In this document: one piece after another, positions 47,148 through 57,446 of the stretch | Numbering within the stretch: the first letter of the stretch is position 1 | Layout: each line of letters begins with the position of its first letter | Assembly: GCA_044224875.1 (NCBI GenBank) | Contig: JBGAJQ010000024.1 | Span: 1 to 61,740, forward strand | DNA length: 61,740 nucleotides | DNA from: Gemmatimonadaceae bacterium | Lineage (GTDB): Bacteria > Gemmatimonadota > Gemmatimonadetes > Gemmatimonadales > Gemmatimonadaceae | Reading direction: 5' to 3' | Translations under genes and position numbers: made by a program | The notes under the pieces: generated by a model | What the model was told of the DNA's origin: nothing | The model's input: the letters and a program-made list of their open reading frames with translations, nothing else | Databases searched by the model: none

Positions 47148-48403
47148 CACTGACTCGACAGGTCCTCATCGACGACCTGCAACGCCACGCCTTCGCCGCC
47201 TCCGGCGAAGGTACTCGACGTGTGGGTGCTGAGGTCGAACTCATCCCGGTGGACGCGGCAACGAGGCGCCCAGCGCTCATTCGTGCTCCGAGCGGTGACA
47301 ACGCACCAGGTTCGCTTCCCGTGTTGCAGGCGTTGGGTCGGCGTCTGGGGTGGGAGGAGGTGTTTTCGCCCAAGGCCGGGGTGCCGGAATTCCATGCGCC
47401 GGATGGCGGGCGTGTGACCTTCGAGCCCGGCGGTCAGATCGAGTACAGCGCGGCACCGGCTGGCTCGCTCACAGAGCTCCTTGCCTCGTTAGGGTATACA
47501 GTTGGCTTGATTCGTGACTCGCTCGCCGACGCCGGGATCGACACGCTCACCGTTGGCGTGGAACCCCTGAATCCCATCGACGACATCCCGTTGCAACTGT
47601 CGGGCGATCGATATCGCCGCATGGACGCCCACTTTGCCAGCATCGGCCCACACGGGGCACGCATGATGCGGCAGACTGCGTCCATCCAGCTCTGTGTCGA
47701 CCGCGGGCCGCGACCCCTCGCGCGCTGGCACCTGCTGAACGCGCTCACACCGTACCTCGTCGCCACGTTCGCCAACTCGCCCATCTACGACGGCGCCGCC
47801 ACCGGGCACCAGAGCACCCGTCGCGGCATCTGGGGCGCCGTGGACCCGGCCCGAACGGGGCTTCCGGTCGGCGCATCCAGCGACAACCCCGTCGAAGCGT
47901 ACACGGACTTCGCGCTGGGGGCCGCGTCGCTCTTTTCGCCCCGCCCAGAACCGCCCTTCCCTGCCTTCGGCGAACGGCTGCAGGACCTCGCGACGACGCT
48001 CGACGACTGGAGAACCCACCTCACCACGCTCTTCCCCGAAGTGCGCCCACGTGGCTACTTCGAGGTGCGCAGTTGCGACGCGCTTCCCCCGTCCTGGTAC
48101 CCCGCCCCACTCGTGATCTTGACTGGACTCGTCTACGGACCCGACGACGGTCGACAGGCGATGGAGATCGCTGGTGCGCCAGACGCCGCGTTGTTGTCGC
48201 GTGCAGGCCGGTGCGGACTCGACGATCCCAACCTGGCGGCGAGCTGTTTGGAGCTGGCGGAACTGGGTATCAGCGAGTGTGCGAGGCTGGGGCATGACTT
48301 TGTGTCGCCACAGATCCTTCAGGCCGCGGCCGACTATGTGGAGCACTACACCCGGCGGCGGCGGTCGCCGGCGCACGACGTATTGACCCCCGCCGTGGCG
48401 TGA
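47144..48403 (+). CDS. egtA: Glutamate-cysteine ligase (GCS2 family), EgtA-like
   Basis: VGAEVE, TFEPGGQIEYS, MMRQTASIQ, FANSP, HLTTLFPEVRPRGYFEVR. Translationally coupled to egtD. Confidence 0.85.
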   Translation: MTLTRQVLIDDLQRHAFAASGEGTRRVGAEVELIPVDAATRRPALIRAPSGDNAPGSLPVLQALGRRLGWEEVFSPKAGVPEFHAPDGGRVTFEPGGQIEYSAAPAGSLTELLASLGYTVGLIRDSLADAGIDTLTVGVEPLNPIDDIPLQLSGDRYRRMDAHFASIGPHGARMMRQTASIQLCVDRGPRPLARWHLLNALTPYLVATFANSPIYDGAATGHQSTRRGIWGAVDPARTGLPVGASSDNPVEAYTDFALGAASLFSPRPEPPFPAFGERLQDLATTLDDWRTHLTTLFPEVRPRGYFEVRSCDALPPSWYPAPLVILTGLVYGPDDGRQAMEIAGAPDAALLSRAGRCGLDDPNLAASCLELAELGISECARLGHDFVSPQILQAAADYVEHYTRRRRSPAHDVLTPAVA

Positions 48404-49152
48404 CCGAACGCGCCGCCGCGCTCGGCGCCTCGGGCATCGTCCGCCGGTTCGGGGACGTCACGGCCCTTGCAGGCGTATCGTTGCAGGTGGCGGCCGGCGA
48501 GTGCGTGGCCCTCGTCGGTGAGAGTGGCTCTGGCAAGACCACCCTCCTGCGCTGCTTCAACAAGATGGTCATCCCTGACGGCGGGGTGGTGACGGTGGAC
48601 GGGCAGGACGTGGCTCCGATGGACCAGGTGCAACTGCGGCGGCGCACCGGGTACGTTCCGCAGGACGGCGGTCTGATGCCGCATTGGACCGTCCAGCGCA
48701 ATGTGGAACTGGTCCCCTGGCTTCGCGCACTGCCGGACCGCGCCACGCTCGCGCGTGAGGCCCTCGACCTGGTGGGCCTGGATCCCGACCGATTTGGCAG
48801 TCGTTGGCCGCACGAACTCTCTGGCGGACAGCGCCAACGTGTGGCGATCGCGCGCGCGCTGGCCGCGAATCCCAGAGTGTTGCTCCTGGACGAACCACTG
48901 GGCGCACTGGACGCCATCTCGCGCGGTGACTTGCAGGACGCCATCGTCGAACTGCGACGCCGCGTCACGGTGACGATGCTCCTGGTGACACACGACCTGC
49001 GCGAGGCGGCGCGCCTGGGCGATCAGATCGCCGTCATGCGGGCCGGACAGATCGAGCAGGTCGCACCCCCAACGGAGTTGTTTGCGTCCCCATCGACACC
49101 GTACGTCGCCGAACTCCTCCGACGCGCCGATGGCGGGGGGAGGGTTTCGTGA
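48400..49152 (+). CDS. ABC transporter ATP-binding protein (OpuA/ProV-like)
   Basis: GESGSGKT, GYVPQ, ELSGGQRQR, LLLDEP, VTHD. Confidence 0.92.
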   Translation: MTERAAALGASGIVRRFGDVTALAGVSLQVAAGECVALVGESGSGKTTLLRCFNKMVIPDGGVVTVDGQDVAPMDQVQLRRRTGYVPQDGGLMPHWTVQRNVELVPWLRALPDRATLAREALDLVGLDPDRFGSRWPHELSGGQRQRVAIARALAANPRVLLLDEPLGALDAISRGDLQDAIVELRRRVTVTMLLVTHDLREAARLGDQIAVMRAGQIEQVAPPTELFASPSTPYVAELLRRADGGGRVS

Positions 49153-50705
49153 CGATTCGCTTCGTGAGCTGGGTACTCGGGGCGTTGCTGCTGCCGGTGC
49201 AATTCGTGCTGGCGCAGGCGGTACCCTCTCCACGCGTCGTCGTCGCGACCAAGCCGTTCGGCGAGTCCTACCTGTTGGGCGAGATGTTCTCCCAGCTACT
49301 GGAGTCGCGCGGCATGGCTGTGGAACGGCGACCGGGACTCGGCGCGACGGAGATTGCGTTCGGGGCCTTGAAGACCGGCGCGATCGACGTCTACCCGGAG
49401 TACACCGGCACGGGTCTCTTTGCCATCCTCGGCGAGCAGGCCCTTGGAGATCGCGCGGCGGTGTACGACCGCGTCTCCCGCGCCTTCGCCGAACGCTTCG
49501 ATACCCGCTGGCTGCCGCCACTCGGCTTCGAGAACACCTACGCGATCGCCGTGCGTCGCCCAACGGCCGATTCGTTAGGGTTGCGTACGCTGAGCGACTT
49601 GGCGCGCGAGGGGTCGCGGTTGCGCGGCGGGCTCACACCGGACTTCATTGGCCGTCCCGACGGCCTTGTCGGGTTGCAACGCGCCTACGGCCTGCAATTG
49701 AAGGAGGTGCGGTCACTCCTGCCGGCGGTGAAGTACCGCGCGCTCGCGGCGGGTGAGGTGGACGTCATCGACGGCTACTCCACAGATGGCCTGATCGAGC
49801 GCTATCACCTGGCCGTGCTCACGGACGACCGTCACTTCTTTCCGCCGTACGAGGCAGCGGCGCTCGTCAACGGCAACTTCGCACGAACGAATCCCGCCGC
49901 CATCGCCGCGCTCACCGAGCTGAGCGGCCGGCTGGAGGTTGGCACGATGCGTCAGCTGAACGAGCGTGTGGAAGTTGCCGGCGAACCGATTCCGTCGGTG
50001 GCCCGCGACGCGCTGCGCTCGTTAGGTCTGGTTGCGACTGTGGCGCGTGACAGCGTGACCCAACGATCGACTGGCAAGCCGTCATTGCTGGCCTACTTGT
50101 GGGAGCGCCGATCGGACCTCGCACGCATGACCGCGCGTCACCTGCTGCTGGCCGGGGTGTCGCTGTTGGCGGCGATCCTGTTGGGCGTTCCGTTGGGCTT
50201 GGCGTTGGAGCGACGCCGGCGCATGGCCGAGGGAACCATTCGCGCCGTCGGCCTGTTGCAGACCATTCCAGGAATCGCGCTGCTCGCCTTCATGATCCCG
50301 CTATTCGGCATTGGTGTGGGGCCAGCGTTGGCGGCGCTGGTTCTCTATGCAATCCTGCCGATCCTACGAAACACCTATACCGGTGTGCGCGACGCGTCGC
50401 CATCCGCCGTGAATGCCGCGTCCGCGTTAGGCATGACGGACCGTCAGGTCCTGCGCCATGTGCGCTTGCCCCTGGCAGCGCCGATCATCATGGCTGGCGT
50501 GCGCACGGCGGCAGTCATCAACGTGGGCACGGCGACCTTGGCGGCGTTTGTCGGCGCCGGTGGGCTGGGCGACCCAATCGTGGCCGGGCTAGCTCTCTCC
50601 GACACCCACATGATCCTCTCGGGCGCGATTCCGGCCGCCGTGCTAGCGTTGGCCGTCGACCTCTTGTTAGGCATCGCTGAGCGCGCCGTGACTCCGATGC
50701 GCTGA
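49149..50705 (+). CDS. Fused substrate-binding + permease subunit of a quaternary-ammonium (betaine/ergothioneine-type) ABC transporter
   Basis: Binding-domain motifs K.FGE, YPEYTGT, GFENTYA, YSTDG, FFPPY. Permease motifs LQTIPGIALL, ALGMT, GAGGLG. Confidence 0.88.
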   Translation: MTIRFVSWVLGALLLPVQFVLAQAVPSPRVVVATKPFGESYLLGEMFSQLLESRGMAVERRPGLGATEIAFGALKTGAIDVYPEYTGTGLFAILGEQALGDRAAVYDRVSRAFAERFDTRWLPPLGFENTYAIAVRRPTADSLGLRTLSDLAREGSRLRGGLTPDFIGRPDGLVGLQRAYGLQLKEVRSLLPAVKYRALAAGEVDVIDGYSTDGLIERYHLAVLTDDRHFFPPYEAAALVNGNFARTNPAAIAALTELSGRLEVGTMRQLNERVEVAGEPIPSVARDALRSLGLVATVARDSVTQRSTGKPSLLAYLWERRSDLARMTARHLLLAGVSLLAAILLGVPLGLALERRRRMAEGTIRAVGLLQTIPGIALLAFMIPLFGIGVGPALAALVLYAILPILRNTYTGVRDASPSAVNAASALGMTDRQVLRHVRLPLAAPIIMAGVRTAAVINVGTATLAAFVGAGGLGDPIVAGLALSDTHMILSGAIPAAVLALAVDLLLGIAERAVTPMR

Positions 50706-50763
50706 CGCAAGTCGTCGAGTGCCGTTTCTCGGGGAAGCGCTCGCCAGATCGATGTTGAAGCCC

Positions 50764-51354
50764 TTACGACCGGGACCGGCCTACCGCCGCCGGAGGCCGC
50801 ACAAAGAAGCTGTAGCCTTGGCGCTCCCAATTCTTGAAATCGCCATAGACCTCGGCGCGCCAGCCGTGCTCGCTGAACATTCGCGACCTCCAGTCCGATC
50901 GGTCCCATTCCTCACTGATGCGCCCATCTCGGCGAGCTTCCGCCAGCACCGACAGGTAGGTTACGAAGTGCTGGAGATTCACGCGGGAAAGTTGATAGCC
51001 CACGATGTCATTACCGCACCAACGATGGATCTGCACCAACCCGTACGCGCGGCCGGGAACCTCGTATTCGATGCCGTGCGCCGTGATCGCCTCCAAGGCG
51101 CGTGGCGCCAGGTCGTCCATTGAGCTGACGGGGAGCGGGATGCGACCCGCATTCTCAACGTTGAGCCCCGTCGCGTCCCATCCCTGAACCGATTTCGGGT
51201 TGCTCAACCAATCGATGCGGTACCACGGGAGGGACGAGAGGACCACCGCGCGAAGATGGGCATTGACGCTCGCTGCCAGCCAAACAGCGGCCAATGCCTG
51301 TGCGACGAAACGCAGGATCTGCGACCGCAGGCCCGACCCGACGCGCGCCGTCAC
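50764..51354 (-). CDS. Hypothetical protein with N-terminal hydrophobic segment
   Basis: GTG 51354 preceded by GAGGAAGG. Protein-like composition, no recognised motif. Confidence 0.45.
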   Translation of the reverse strand: MTARVGSGLRSQILRFVAQALAAVWLAASVNAHLRAVVLSSLPWYRIDWLSNPKSVQGWDATGLNVENAGRIPLPVSSMDDLAPRALEAITAHGIEYEVPGRAYGLVQIHRWCGNDIVGYQLSRVNLQHFVTYLSVLAEARRDGRISEEWDRSDWRSRMFSEHGWRAEVYGDFKNWERQGYSFFVRPPAAVGRSRS

Positions 51355-51704
51355 CAGCCTTCCTCGCTCGTGGTGAAGGCATGGCGCATGGCAGTGTCCC
51401 CGTTCGCAACAGAACCCACTGGTCCCCGTTCCATGAAGGAAGGACGAAGGGGCGCGTGAGGCCGAAACGCACGCGACTCGCAGAGTAGGAGTCACAGTGC
51501 CGAAAACGAAGACGACTTGCTGAGCTTCGGTCGTCAGGCGACGACTGCGCCCTATCGGTGTGGATGAGGATTCCCGAGAATTCAGTACGTCTTTGCCGTC
51601 GCCCTCTTGGCTCACAAGGCAGGTCATGAGCGCGGATGGTATGTTCCACGCGTCCACCCTGTCCCCGGTGGACCAGCCACGGGTGTCTGCTCACTCAAGA
51701 GAGA

Positions 51705-52079
51705 ATGGCGTCAACGCTGGACGGCCCTGGACAAACAAAGATGGCGGCGCTGGAAGATGCCACCATTCGACTGCAGCGCCTCCATGGCATCGTGGAGAAA
51801 CTGGCAATCGCCGTTCGCACCCAGCAGGACATCGGGAGCTTCCGCATGCAGATCCAGCGGACGGCGGTGCCGTTGGCGTCGCTGCTGAAGCCGAGCTTCG
51901 GGATGTTGGCCGATCAGGTGACCGGTTTGGTGTTGATCATGTCGCGTGGCGGCGCCGAACAAATGAAGTTGCGCGCCTTGCGTGAAGGGGTCGCTTCGGT
52001 GCGCATGCAGATCGAAATCGCCATGAACAAGGTTAAGGAAAAGCACACGATTGGCGAGGAAAAAGCGAGCAGCGAGTGA
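51705..52079 (+). CDS. Hypothetical helical protein
   Basis: ATG 51705 after AAGAGAGA. Strongly host-like codon usage and amphipathic helices. Confidence 0.7.
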   Translation: MASTLDGPGQTKMAALEDATIRLQRLHGIVEKLAIAVRTQQDIGSFRMQIQRTAVPLASLLKPSFGMLADQVTGLVLIMSRGGAEQMKLRALREGVASVRMQIEIAMNKVKEKHTIGEEKASSE

Positions 52080-52236
52080 CCTCTGACGCGAGGCCATTCA
52101 ACGCGGTACCGGCGGGGGCAAGTTTTTTCGTCGCATAGCCTTGCCTCACTTGCCCGTCTACTCGTAGTTTGTGCCGGTCCTTGCGGCTCGACCTCGGGCC
52201 CATCCCCCACTTCTGGCTTTTCCCCAAGGAAAGCGA

Positions 52237-53487
52237 ATGACACGGATTTTCCGCCCGCGTCAGCTCGTCACGGCATGCACGTTGGCCGCATTGCCACTGA
52301 TTCTTGCCGCTTGTTCCGGCAACTATCCCAACTCCACGTTCCAGCACACCACCGAGTTCAACCGGGATCTCACCTCCATCTGGAACACCATGATGGGGTG
52401 GGCGTTTGTGGTGTTCGTGATCGTGGAGATCCTGTTGATCGTGGTGATGATCAAGTACCGACGACGACCGGACTCGCCTGAACCGAAGCACGTGCACGGC
52501 AACACGATCATGGAGATTTCGTGGACGGTCACGCCGGCGGTTGTACTCGCGTTCATCGCCGTACCGACCGTGAAGGCGATCTGGAAGTATGAAGCGCCAG
52601 CCCCTCAGGGCGCCTTGCAGATCGAAGTCACCGGGCACCAGTGGTGGTGGGAGTTCAAGTATCCTGAACTCGGAATCACCACGGCAAACGAGATTTATCT
52701 CCCCGTTGGCCGGACCGTGAACTTCGCGCTTCGCACGGCGGACGTGATCCACTCCTTCTGGATCCCGGGCCTGGGTGGGAAGCGCGACGCGATCTCCAAC
52801 AAGACCAACCACCTGTGGTTCACGCCTGACTCGGCGGGGGTCAACGGATGGGTCGGGAGCTGCAACGAATACTGCGGATCGTCGCACGCCAACATGCGCT
52901 TCCGAGTCTTCACGGTGAGCCCGTCGGACTTTGACTCGTGGGCCAATCACATGAAGACAGCGGCTGTGTATCCGCCGCCGGCTCCGCCGGCTGCCGACAC
53001 CACGGCCCAGGGAAAGGTGTCGGCTGCGGCCCAAGCTTCGGCCGCGCCCGTGGTTCCGGTGAGCGAGGGGTACGTTTTTCCGAAGGACAAGCTTCCGAGC
53101 CACGTCACGCCGAGCACGCCTGTTCCAGCGGGACTGACCTTTGCCGATGGACTCGCCGGCGACGCCGCCCGTGGGTTGGCGATCTACTCGCGCTCGGCCT
53201 GCATCGGCTGCCACAAGATCGATGGGAATCGGATGTCGGTCGGTGTGATCGGTCCGAACCTCACCCACGTCGCCAATCGCGCGACCATCGCCGGCGGCCT
53301 GTTCCCGAACGACGCGCGCCACCTGGCGCTGTGGATCAAGAACGCCCGCAAGATGAAGCCGGGCGTGACCATGAACACGTTAGGCAAGGGTGAATACGAT
53401 CCGATCATGAAGATGACGGTCACCACGGGAGGGCTCACGGACCAGGAGATCGCGGACATTGTCGCGTACCTCCAGGCCCTGAAATAG
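52237..53487 (+). CDS. coxB: Cytochrome c oxidase subunit II with fused cytochrome c (caa3 type)
   Basis: LAAC lipobox; GHQWWW; DVIHSFW and CNEYCGSSHANM (CuA); C-terminal CIGCH and GPNLTH. Confidence 0.95.
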   Translation: MTRIFRPRQLVTACTLAALPLILAACSGNYPNSTFQHTTEFNRDLTSIWNTMMGWAFVVFVIVEILLIVVMIKYRRRPDSPEPKHVHGNTIMEISWTVTPAVVLAFIAVPTVKAIWKYEAPAPQGALQIEVTGHQWWWEFKYPELGITTANEIYLPVGRTVNFALRTADVIHSFWIPGLGGKRDAISNKTNHLWFTPDSAGVNGWVGSCNEYCGSSHANMRFRVFTVSPSDFDSWANHMKTAAVYPPPAPPAADTTAQGKVSAAAQASAAPVVPVSEGYVFPKDKLPSHVTPSTPVPAGLTFADGLAGDAARGLAIYSRSACIGCHKIDGNRMSVGVIGPNLTHVANRATIAGGLFPNDARHLALWIKNARKMKPGVTMNTLGKGEYDPIMKMTVTTGGLTDQEIADIVAYLQALK

Positions 53488-53553
53488 TCGCGAGTTCGCC
53501 TCCGGCCCCCCACCCAACGATCCTCCCGCCACCCGATTCCTGAATCCACGTCC

Positions 53554-55515
53554 ATGGCCACAGCCGCAACCGCTCCCGCGTACTCCGGTGCCACGAGCCA
53601 CGAACCCACGGGTTTGATGAGTTGGCTTACCACCGTCGACCACAAGCGCATCGGGATTTTGTACCTCCACACCTCGCTCTTCTTCTTCCTCGTCGGCGGG
53701 CTGGAGGCGGTCATCATGCGCTACCAGCTGATGAAGCCGAACATGCAGGCCGTCTCGGCGGAGACGTTCAACCAGCTGTTCACGATGCACGGCACCACGA
53801 TGGTCTTCCTCGTGATCATGCCGTTGTCGGCCGCGTTCTTCAACTACCTGATCCCGCTGCAGATCGGCGCCCGTGACGTCGCCTTCCCCCGGTTGAATGC
53901 CTTCAGTTACTGGGTGTACTTGTTAGGCGGCATCTTCATCACCCTGCCGATCTTCTTTGGGATCGCGCCGGACGGTGGCTGGTTCGCGTACACGCCGCTC
54001 ACGACCCGCGCCTACTCGCCAGCCCAGAACATGAACTTCTGGGTCCTAGGCATTCAGATCCTCGGTATCTCGTCGCTGGCGGCCGCGTTCAACTTTGCGA
54101 CGACGGTCATGAACATGCGTGCCCCAGGGATGAACCTGATGCGCATGCCGATGTTCACGTGGATGTCGTTCGTGGTGCAGTGGCTGATCATCCTCGCCTT
54201 CCCGGTGATCACCGTCGCGCTCTTCTTCATGCAGTTCGACCGCTTCTTCGGCACGAACTTCTACACCATCAGCGCTGGCGCCGACCCACTCCTCTGGCAG
54301 CACCTCTTCTGGGTCTTCGGGCACCCCGAAGTCTACATCCTCATCCTGCCGGCCTTCGGCCTCGTCTCCGAAGTGCTTCCCACGAACTCCAAGAAGCCGC
54401 TGTTCGGGTATCCGGTGATGGCGTACTCCGGCATCCTCATCGGCTTCCTGGGCTTTGGTGTGTGGGCACACCACATGTTCGCCACCGGAATGGGTCCGAT
54501 CCCGGATACGGTGTTTGGGCTGACGACCATGCTCATCGCCCTTCCCACGGGCGTGAAAATCTTCAACTGGATCTTCACCATGTGGGGCGGCTCCATCCGC
54601 TTCACCGTGGCGATGAAGTATGCCATCGCTCTCATCGCGCTGTTCACCATCGGCGGCATCTCCGGTATTTCGCACTCGTCGCCCCCTTCGGACCTCCAGC
54701 AGACGGACACGTACTACATCGTCGCGCACTTCCACTACGTGCTGTTTGGCGGCGCGATCATGGGGATCTTTGCCGGCATCTACCACTACTTCCCCAAGAT
54801 GTACGGCCGGAAGATGGACGAGGGTCTGGGCAACGTGCACTTCTGGCTCAACTTCATCGCGATGAACCTGACGTTCTTCCCGATGCACTTCTCGGGCATG
54901 CTCGGCATGCCGCGCCGCATCTACACCTACGATGCGGGCCAGGGGTGGGACACGTTCAACATGATCTCATCGATCGGCGCCTTCCTCATGGTGCCGGCGA
55001 TGCTCGTCTTCCTCTACAACTTCTTCAAGTCGAAGACGCAGGGTGAGAAGGTCGGCGATAACCCGTGGGATGCGGCCACGCTCGAATGGTCGATCCCGTC
55101 GCCGCCGCCCGAATACAACTTCGCGCAAATCCCGATGGTGACGTCCCGTTATCCGCTGTGGGACCTGACGCACCCGGAACGCACCGCGGAGATCCCGCAC
55201 TCGGCGACCGGATGGGAAGAGGCCAAGCGGCAGACCGGCGAGCACGAACTCCCGGGTGGCGCACACATGGCCGATATGGCCCCCGCGCACATCGAGTCCG
55301 AACGCAAGAGCGCGAAGGAGCTCGGCATCGCCATGCCGAACCCATCGATCAAGCCGTTGTTCGTCGCGTTAGGCTTGGTGGTCACCATGACCAGCTTGCT
55401 GCCGTTCTACGCGCAGAAGACGGGGGCGTTCGTCGTGCTCCTCGTCATTGGCGCCGGCACCATGGTCTACTCGCTGTATGACTGGCTGACGACACCGCTG
55501 GAAGACCACCACTAG
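53554..55515 (+). CDS. ctaD: Cytochrome c oxidase subunit I (A1 type)
   Basis: TVDHKRIG, FTMHGTTM, FWVFGHPEVYILILP, WAHHMF, AHFHY, GMPRR. Confidence 0.97.
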   Translation: MATAATAPAYSGATSHEPTGLMSWLTTVDHKRIGILYLHTSLFFFLVGGLEAVIMRYQLMKPNMQAVSAETFNQLFTMHGTTMVFLVIMPLSAAFFNYLIPLQIGARDVAFPRLNAFSYWVYLLGGIFITLPIFFGIAPDGGWFAYTPLTTRAYSPAQNMNFWVLGIQILGISSLAAAFNFATTVMNMRAPGMNLMRMPMFTWMSFVVQWLIILAFPVITVALFFMQFDRFFGTNFYTISAGADPLLWQHLFWVFGHPEVYILILPAFGLVSEVLPTNSKKPLFGYPVMAYSGILIGFLGFGVWAHHMFATGMGPIPDTVFGLTTMLIALPTGVKIFNWIFTMWGGSIRFTVAMKYAIALIALFTIGGISGISHSSPPSDLQQTDTYYIVAHFHYVLFGGAIMGIFAGIYHYFPKMYGRKMDEGLGNVHFWLNFIAMNLTFFPMHFSGMLGMPRRIYTYDAGQGWDTFNMISSIGAFLMVPAMLVFLYNFFKSKTQGEKVGDNPWDAATLEWSIPSPPPEYNFAQIPMVTSRYPLWDLTHPERTAEIPHSATGWEEAKRQTGEHELPGGAHMADMAPAHIESERKSAKELGIAMPNPSIKPLFVALGLVVTMTSLLPFYAQKTGAFVVLLVIGAGTMVYSLYDWLTTPLEDHH

Positions 55516-55558
55516 GCTTCTGACTCCACCGCCCCCAACTCACTCACATTCGGCCGAC

Positions 55559-56239
55559 ATGTCTCAAGCCGCCACCGCAGACGCTCACGCCACGGGCCAC
55601 TACACGAGCACTGGACTCGACAACCGCAAGGTTGCGATCTGGTCGTTCATTGGCTCGGAGTGCATGCTCTTTGCCTCGCTCATCTCGACGTACCTGATCT
55701 ACAAGGGACGCTCGATCGTGGGCCCGCTCCCTCACGAGATCTGGAAGGATCCATCGACTGGGCAGGTGTTCAAGCCGATCCTGAACATTCCCGTCACGTC
55801 CATGTCCACGTTCGTGCTGCTGATGTCGTCCCTGGCCATGGTGCTGGCGCTGGCAGCGGTCGAGAACAAGGGCAAGCCACTCCCCGCCGGCGCCGGCTGG
55901 TGGGACCGCCAGCTCGCATCATCCAAGCTCTGGCTGTGGGTCACCTGCATCCTCGGCGCCACCTTCCTGGGCTTCCAGGCGTTCGAGTTCACGTCGTTCG
56001 TGCATGAAGGTCTGACGATCCGTCGCAACCTGTTCGGCTCGTCGTTCTTCACCCTCACCGGCTTCCACGGCGCACACGTCACCGCGGGCGTGATCTGGTT
56101 AGGCACGTTGCTGGCCATCGACTACAAGCGCGGGCTCGAACCCAAGGACGCGTTGCTGGTCGATATCGCCGCACTGTACTGGCACTTCGTTGACGTGGTC
56201 TGGATCGCGATCTTCACTCTCGTCTACCTGATCAAGTAG
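55559..56239 (+). CDS. ctaE: Cytochrome c oxidase subunit III
   Basis: FIGSECMLF, FFTLTGFHGAHV, YWHFVDVVW. Confidence 0.95.
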   Translation: MSQAATADAHATGHYTSTGLDNRKVAIWSFIGSECMLFASLISTYLIYKGRSIVGPLPHEIWKDPSTGQVFKPILNIPVTSMSTFVLLMSSLAMVLALAAVENKGKPLPAGAGWWDRQLASSKLWLWVTCILGATFLGFQAFEFTSFVHEGLTIRRNLFGSSFFTLTGFHGAHVTAGVIWLGTLLAIDYKRGLEPKDALLVDIAALYWHFVDVVWIAIFTLVYLIK

Positions 56240-56250
56240 GGGCCCCCGAC

Positions 56251-56568
56251 ATGGCGACCGAGCACGCTTCTCCCGATCACGCGCACGAGCACCCGACGTG
56301 GAAGCAGTACAAGTGGGTGGCGCTGATCCTGACGCTGATCACCGTGGTCGAGGTGTGGGCGTACTACATCCCGTCGTTCGTGGCATCGTCGGCCTTTGTC
56401 CCGACGTTGCTACTGATGTCGGCGGTGAAGTTCGCGATCGTGGTGATGTTCTACATGCACCTCAAGTACGATCACCGGCTCTTCCGGGCACTGTTCACTG
56501 GCCCGCTCATCATTGCCATCGCCACGCTGTTTGCGCTGTTGTTCCTGATGGCGAAGTGGATGAAGTAG
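56251..56568 (+). CDS. ctaF: Cytochrome c oxidase subunit IV (caa3 type)
   Basis: LTLITVVEV and KFAIVVMFYMHLKYD. Last gene of the operon. Confidence 0.9.
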   Translation: MATEHASPDHAHEHPTWKQYKWVALILTLITVVEVWAYYIPSFVASSAFVPTLLLMSAVKFAIVVMFYMHLKYDHRLFRALFTGPLIIAIATLFALLFLMAKWMK

Positions 56569-56595
56569 GACCCGGTGGGTGGTGCTTGGATTAAT

Positions 56596-56626
56596 GAAGG
56601 CGGCCGACTTGGCCGCCTTCTTTTTT
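56596..56626 (+). terminator. Rho-independent terminator of the cox operon
   Basis: GAAGGCGGCC-gactt-GGCCGCCTTC followed by TTTTTT. Confidence 0.9.
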
Positions 56627-56671
56627 GACGCCGCGTTGCGTGGGGAGCGATGCGGCCGGCTCCCCTCTGGG

Positions 56672-57058
56672 TTACAGCTTGTGGAGAGCGATTCGCATCT
56701 TGCGTGCCGCCTCTCGCATCCGGGTATCATATGTAGCCAGCGCTATGTCCACTCCCTGCTCGCGCAGAAATTCGATGGACGCCAGATGCAACCCATCAAG
56801 GGTTCGAACGGTGACAGGAAAGGGCGCGAGGGCCCGAGCGAGCACCGGTGGGGCGAGCTCGATGAGCGCGATCCGCTGGAGCAACTCGCGCGCAAAGTCC
56901 GAATGGGATCTGGTGAGGCCGCGAGCGTTCAGCCGATTCCAGAGTTCGTATTCCAACAGTCGACTGCTCACCAGCGATTCCCGCCACAGCGACGCGGGCG
57001 GCAGTCGATCTTCGGCGAGCAGTTGGGCCAGCGCAACCGACGTGTCGAGATAGATCAC
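56672..57058 (-). CDS. vapC: PIN-domain (VapC-like) toxin
   Basis: GTG start; IYLDTS, LLEYE, RTLDGLHLAS, ATYD. Confidence 0.88.
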   Translation of the reverse strand: MIYLDTSVALAQLLAEDRLPPASLWRESLVSSRLLEYELWNRLNARGLTRSHSDFARELLQRIALIELAPPVLARALAPFPVTVRTLDGLHLASIEFLREQGVDIALATYDTRMREAARKMRIALHKL

Positions 57059-57342
57059 CGATCCTCGCGATCGGCATCGAGTTCCTGGAGCAGCGAAGCG
57101 AGTTTCGCCACGGGTGCGCGTGGGGGCGGTCCCTCTCGGACCACGAGCGGTGCGGACAACCATCCACGGCGCATCGCTTCCGCCAGTGCCGCATCGGCCC
57201 AGAGGGGGCTGCGGCCCTCAGGAGGACGCAGCTCGGCAACGACACGATCGCGATCCGTGACCAGAACCGTCTCGCCTCCACTCGCGATGCGAATGTACTC
57301 GCTGAGCTTGTTCTTGAGGACCTTCAGTCCGACCGAGCGCAT
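57055..57342 (-). CDS. Phd/YefM-family antitoxin
   Basis: MRSVGLKVLKNKLSEYIRIASGGETVLVTDRDRVVAEL. GTGA overlap with the toxin gene. Confidence 0.88.
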   Translation of the reverse strand: MRSVGLKVLKNKLSEYIRIASGGETVLVTDRDRVVAELRPPEGRSPLWADAALAEAMRRGWLSAPLVVREGPPPRAPVAKLASLLQELDADREDR

Positions 57343-57446
57343 GCTCCAAGGTAGCTTCTGGAAGCTACCTTCACAACCCGCCAGCACGGGATGCCCTCAT
57401 ACGTTGGAGACGCCATCGACGGACTCACGGGGAATCCCCGCCGCAA

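Noticed and set aside
51420..51560. Hammerhead-like fragments (CTGACGA on the minus strand, CGAAAC on the plus strand)
   Set aside because: The two core elements are on opposite strands and the required stems cannot be formed.
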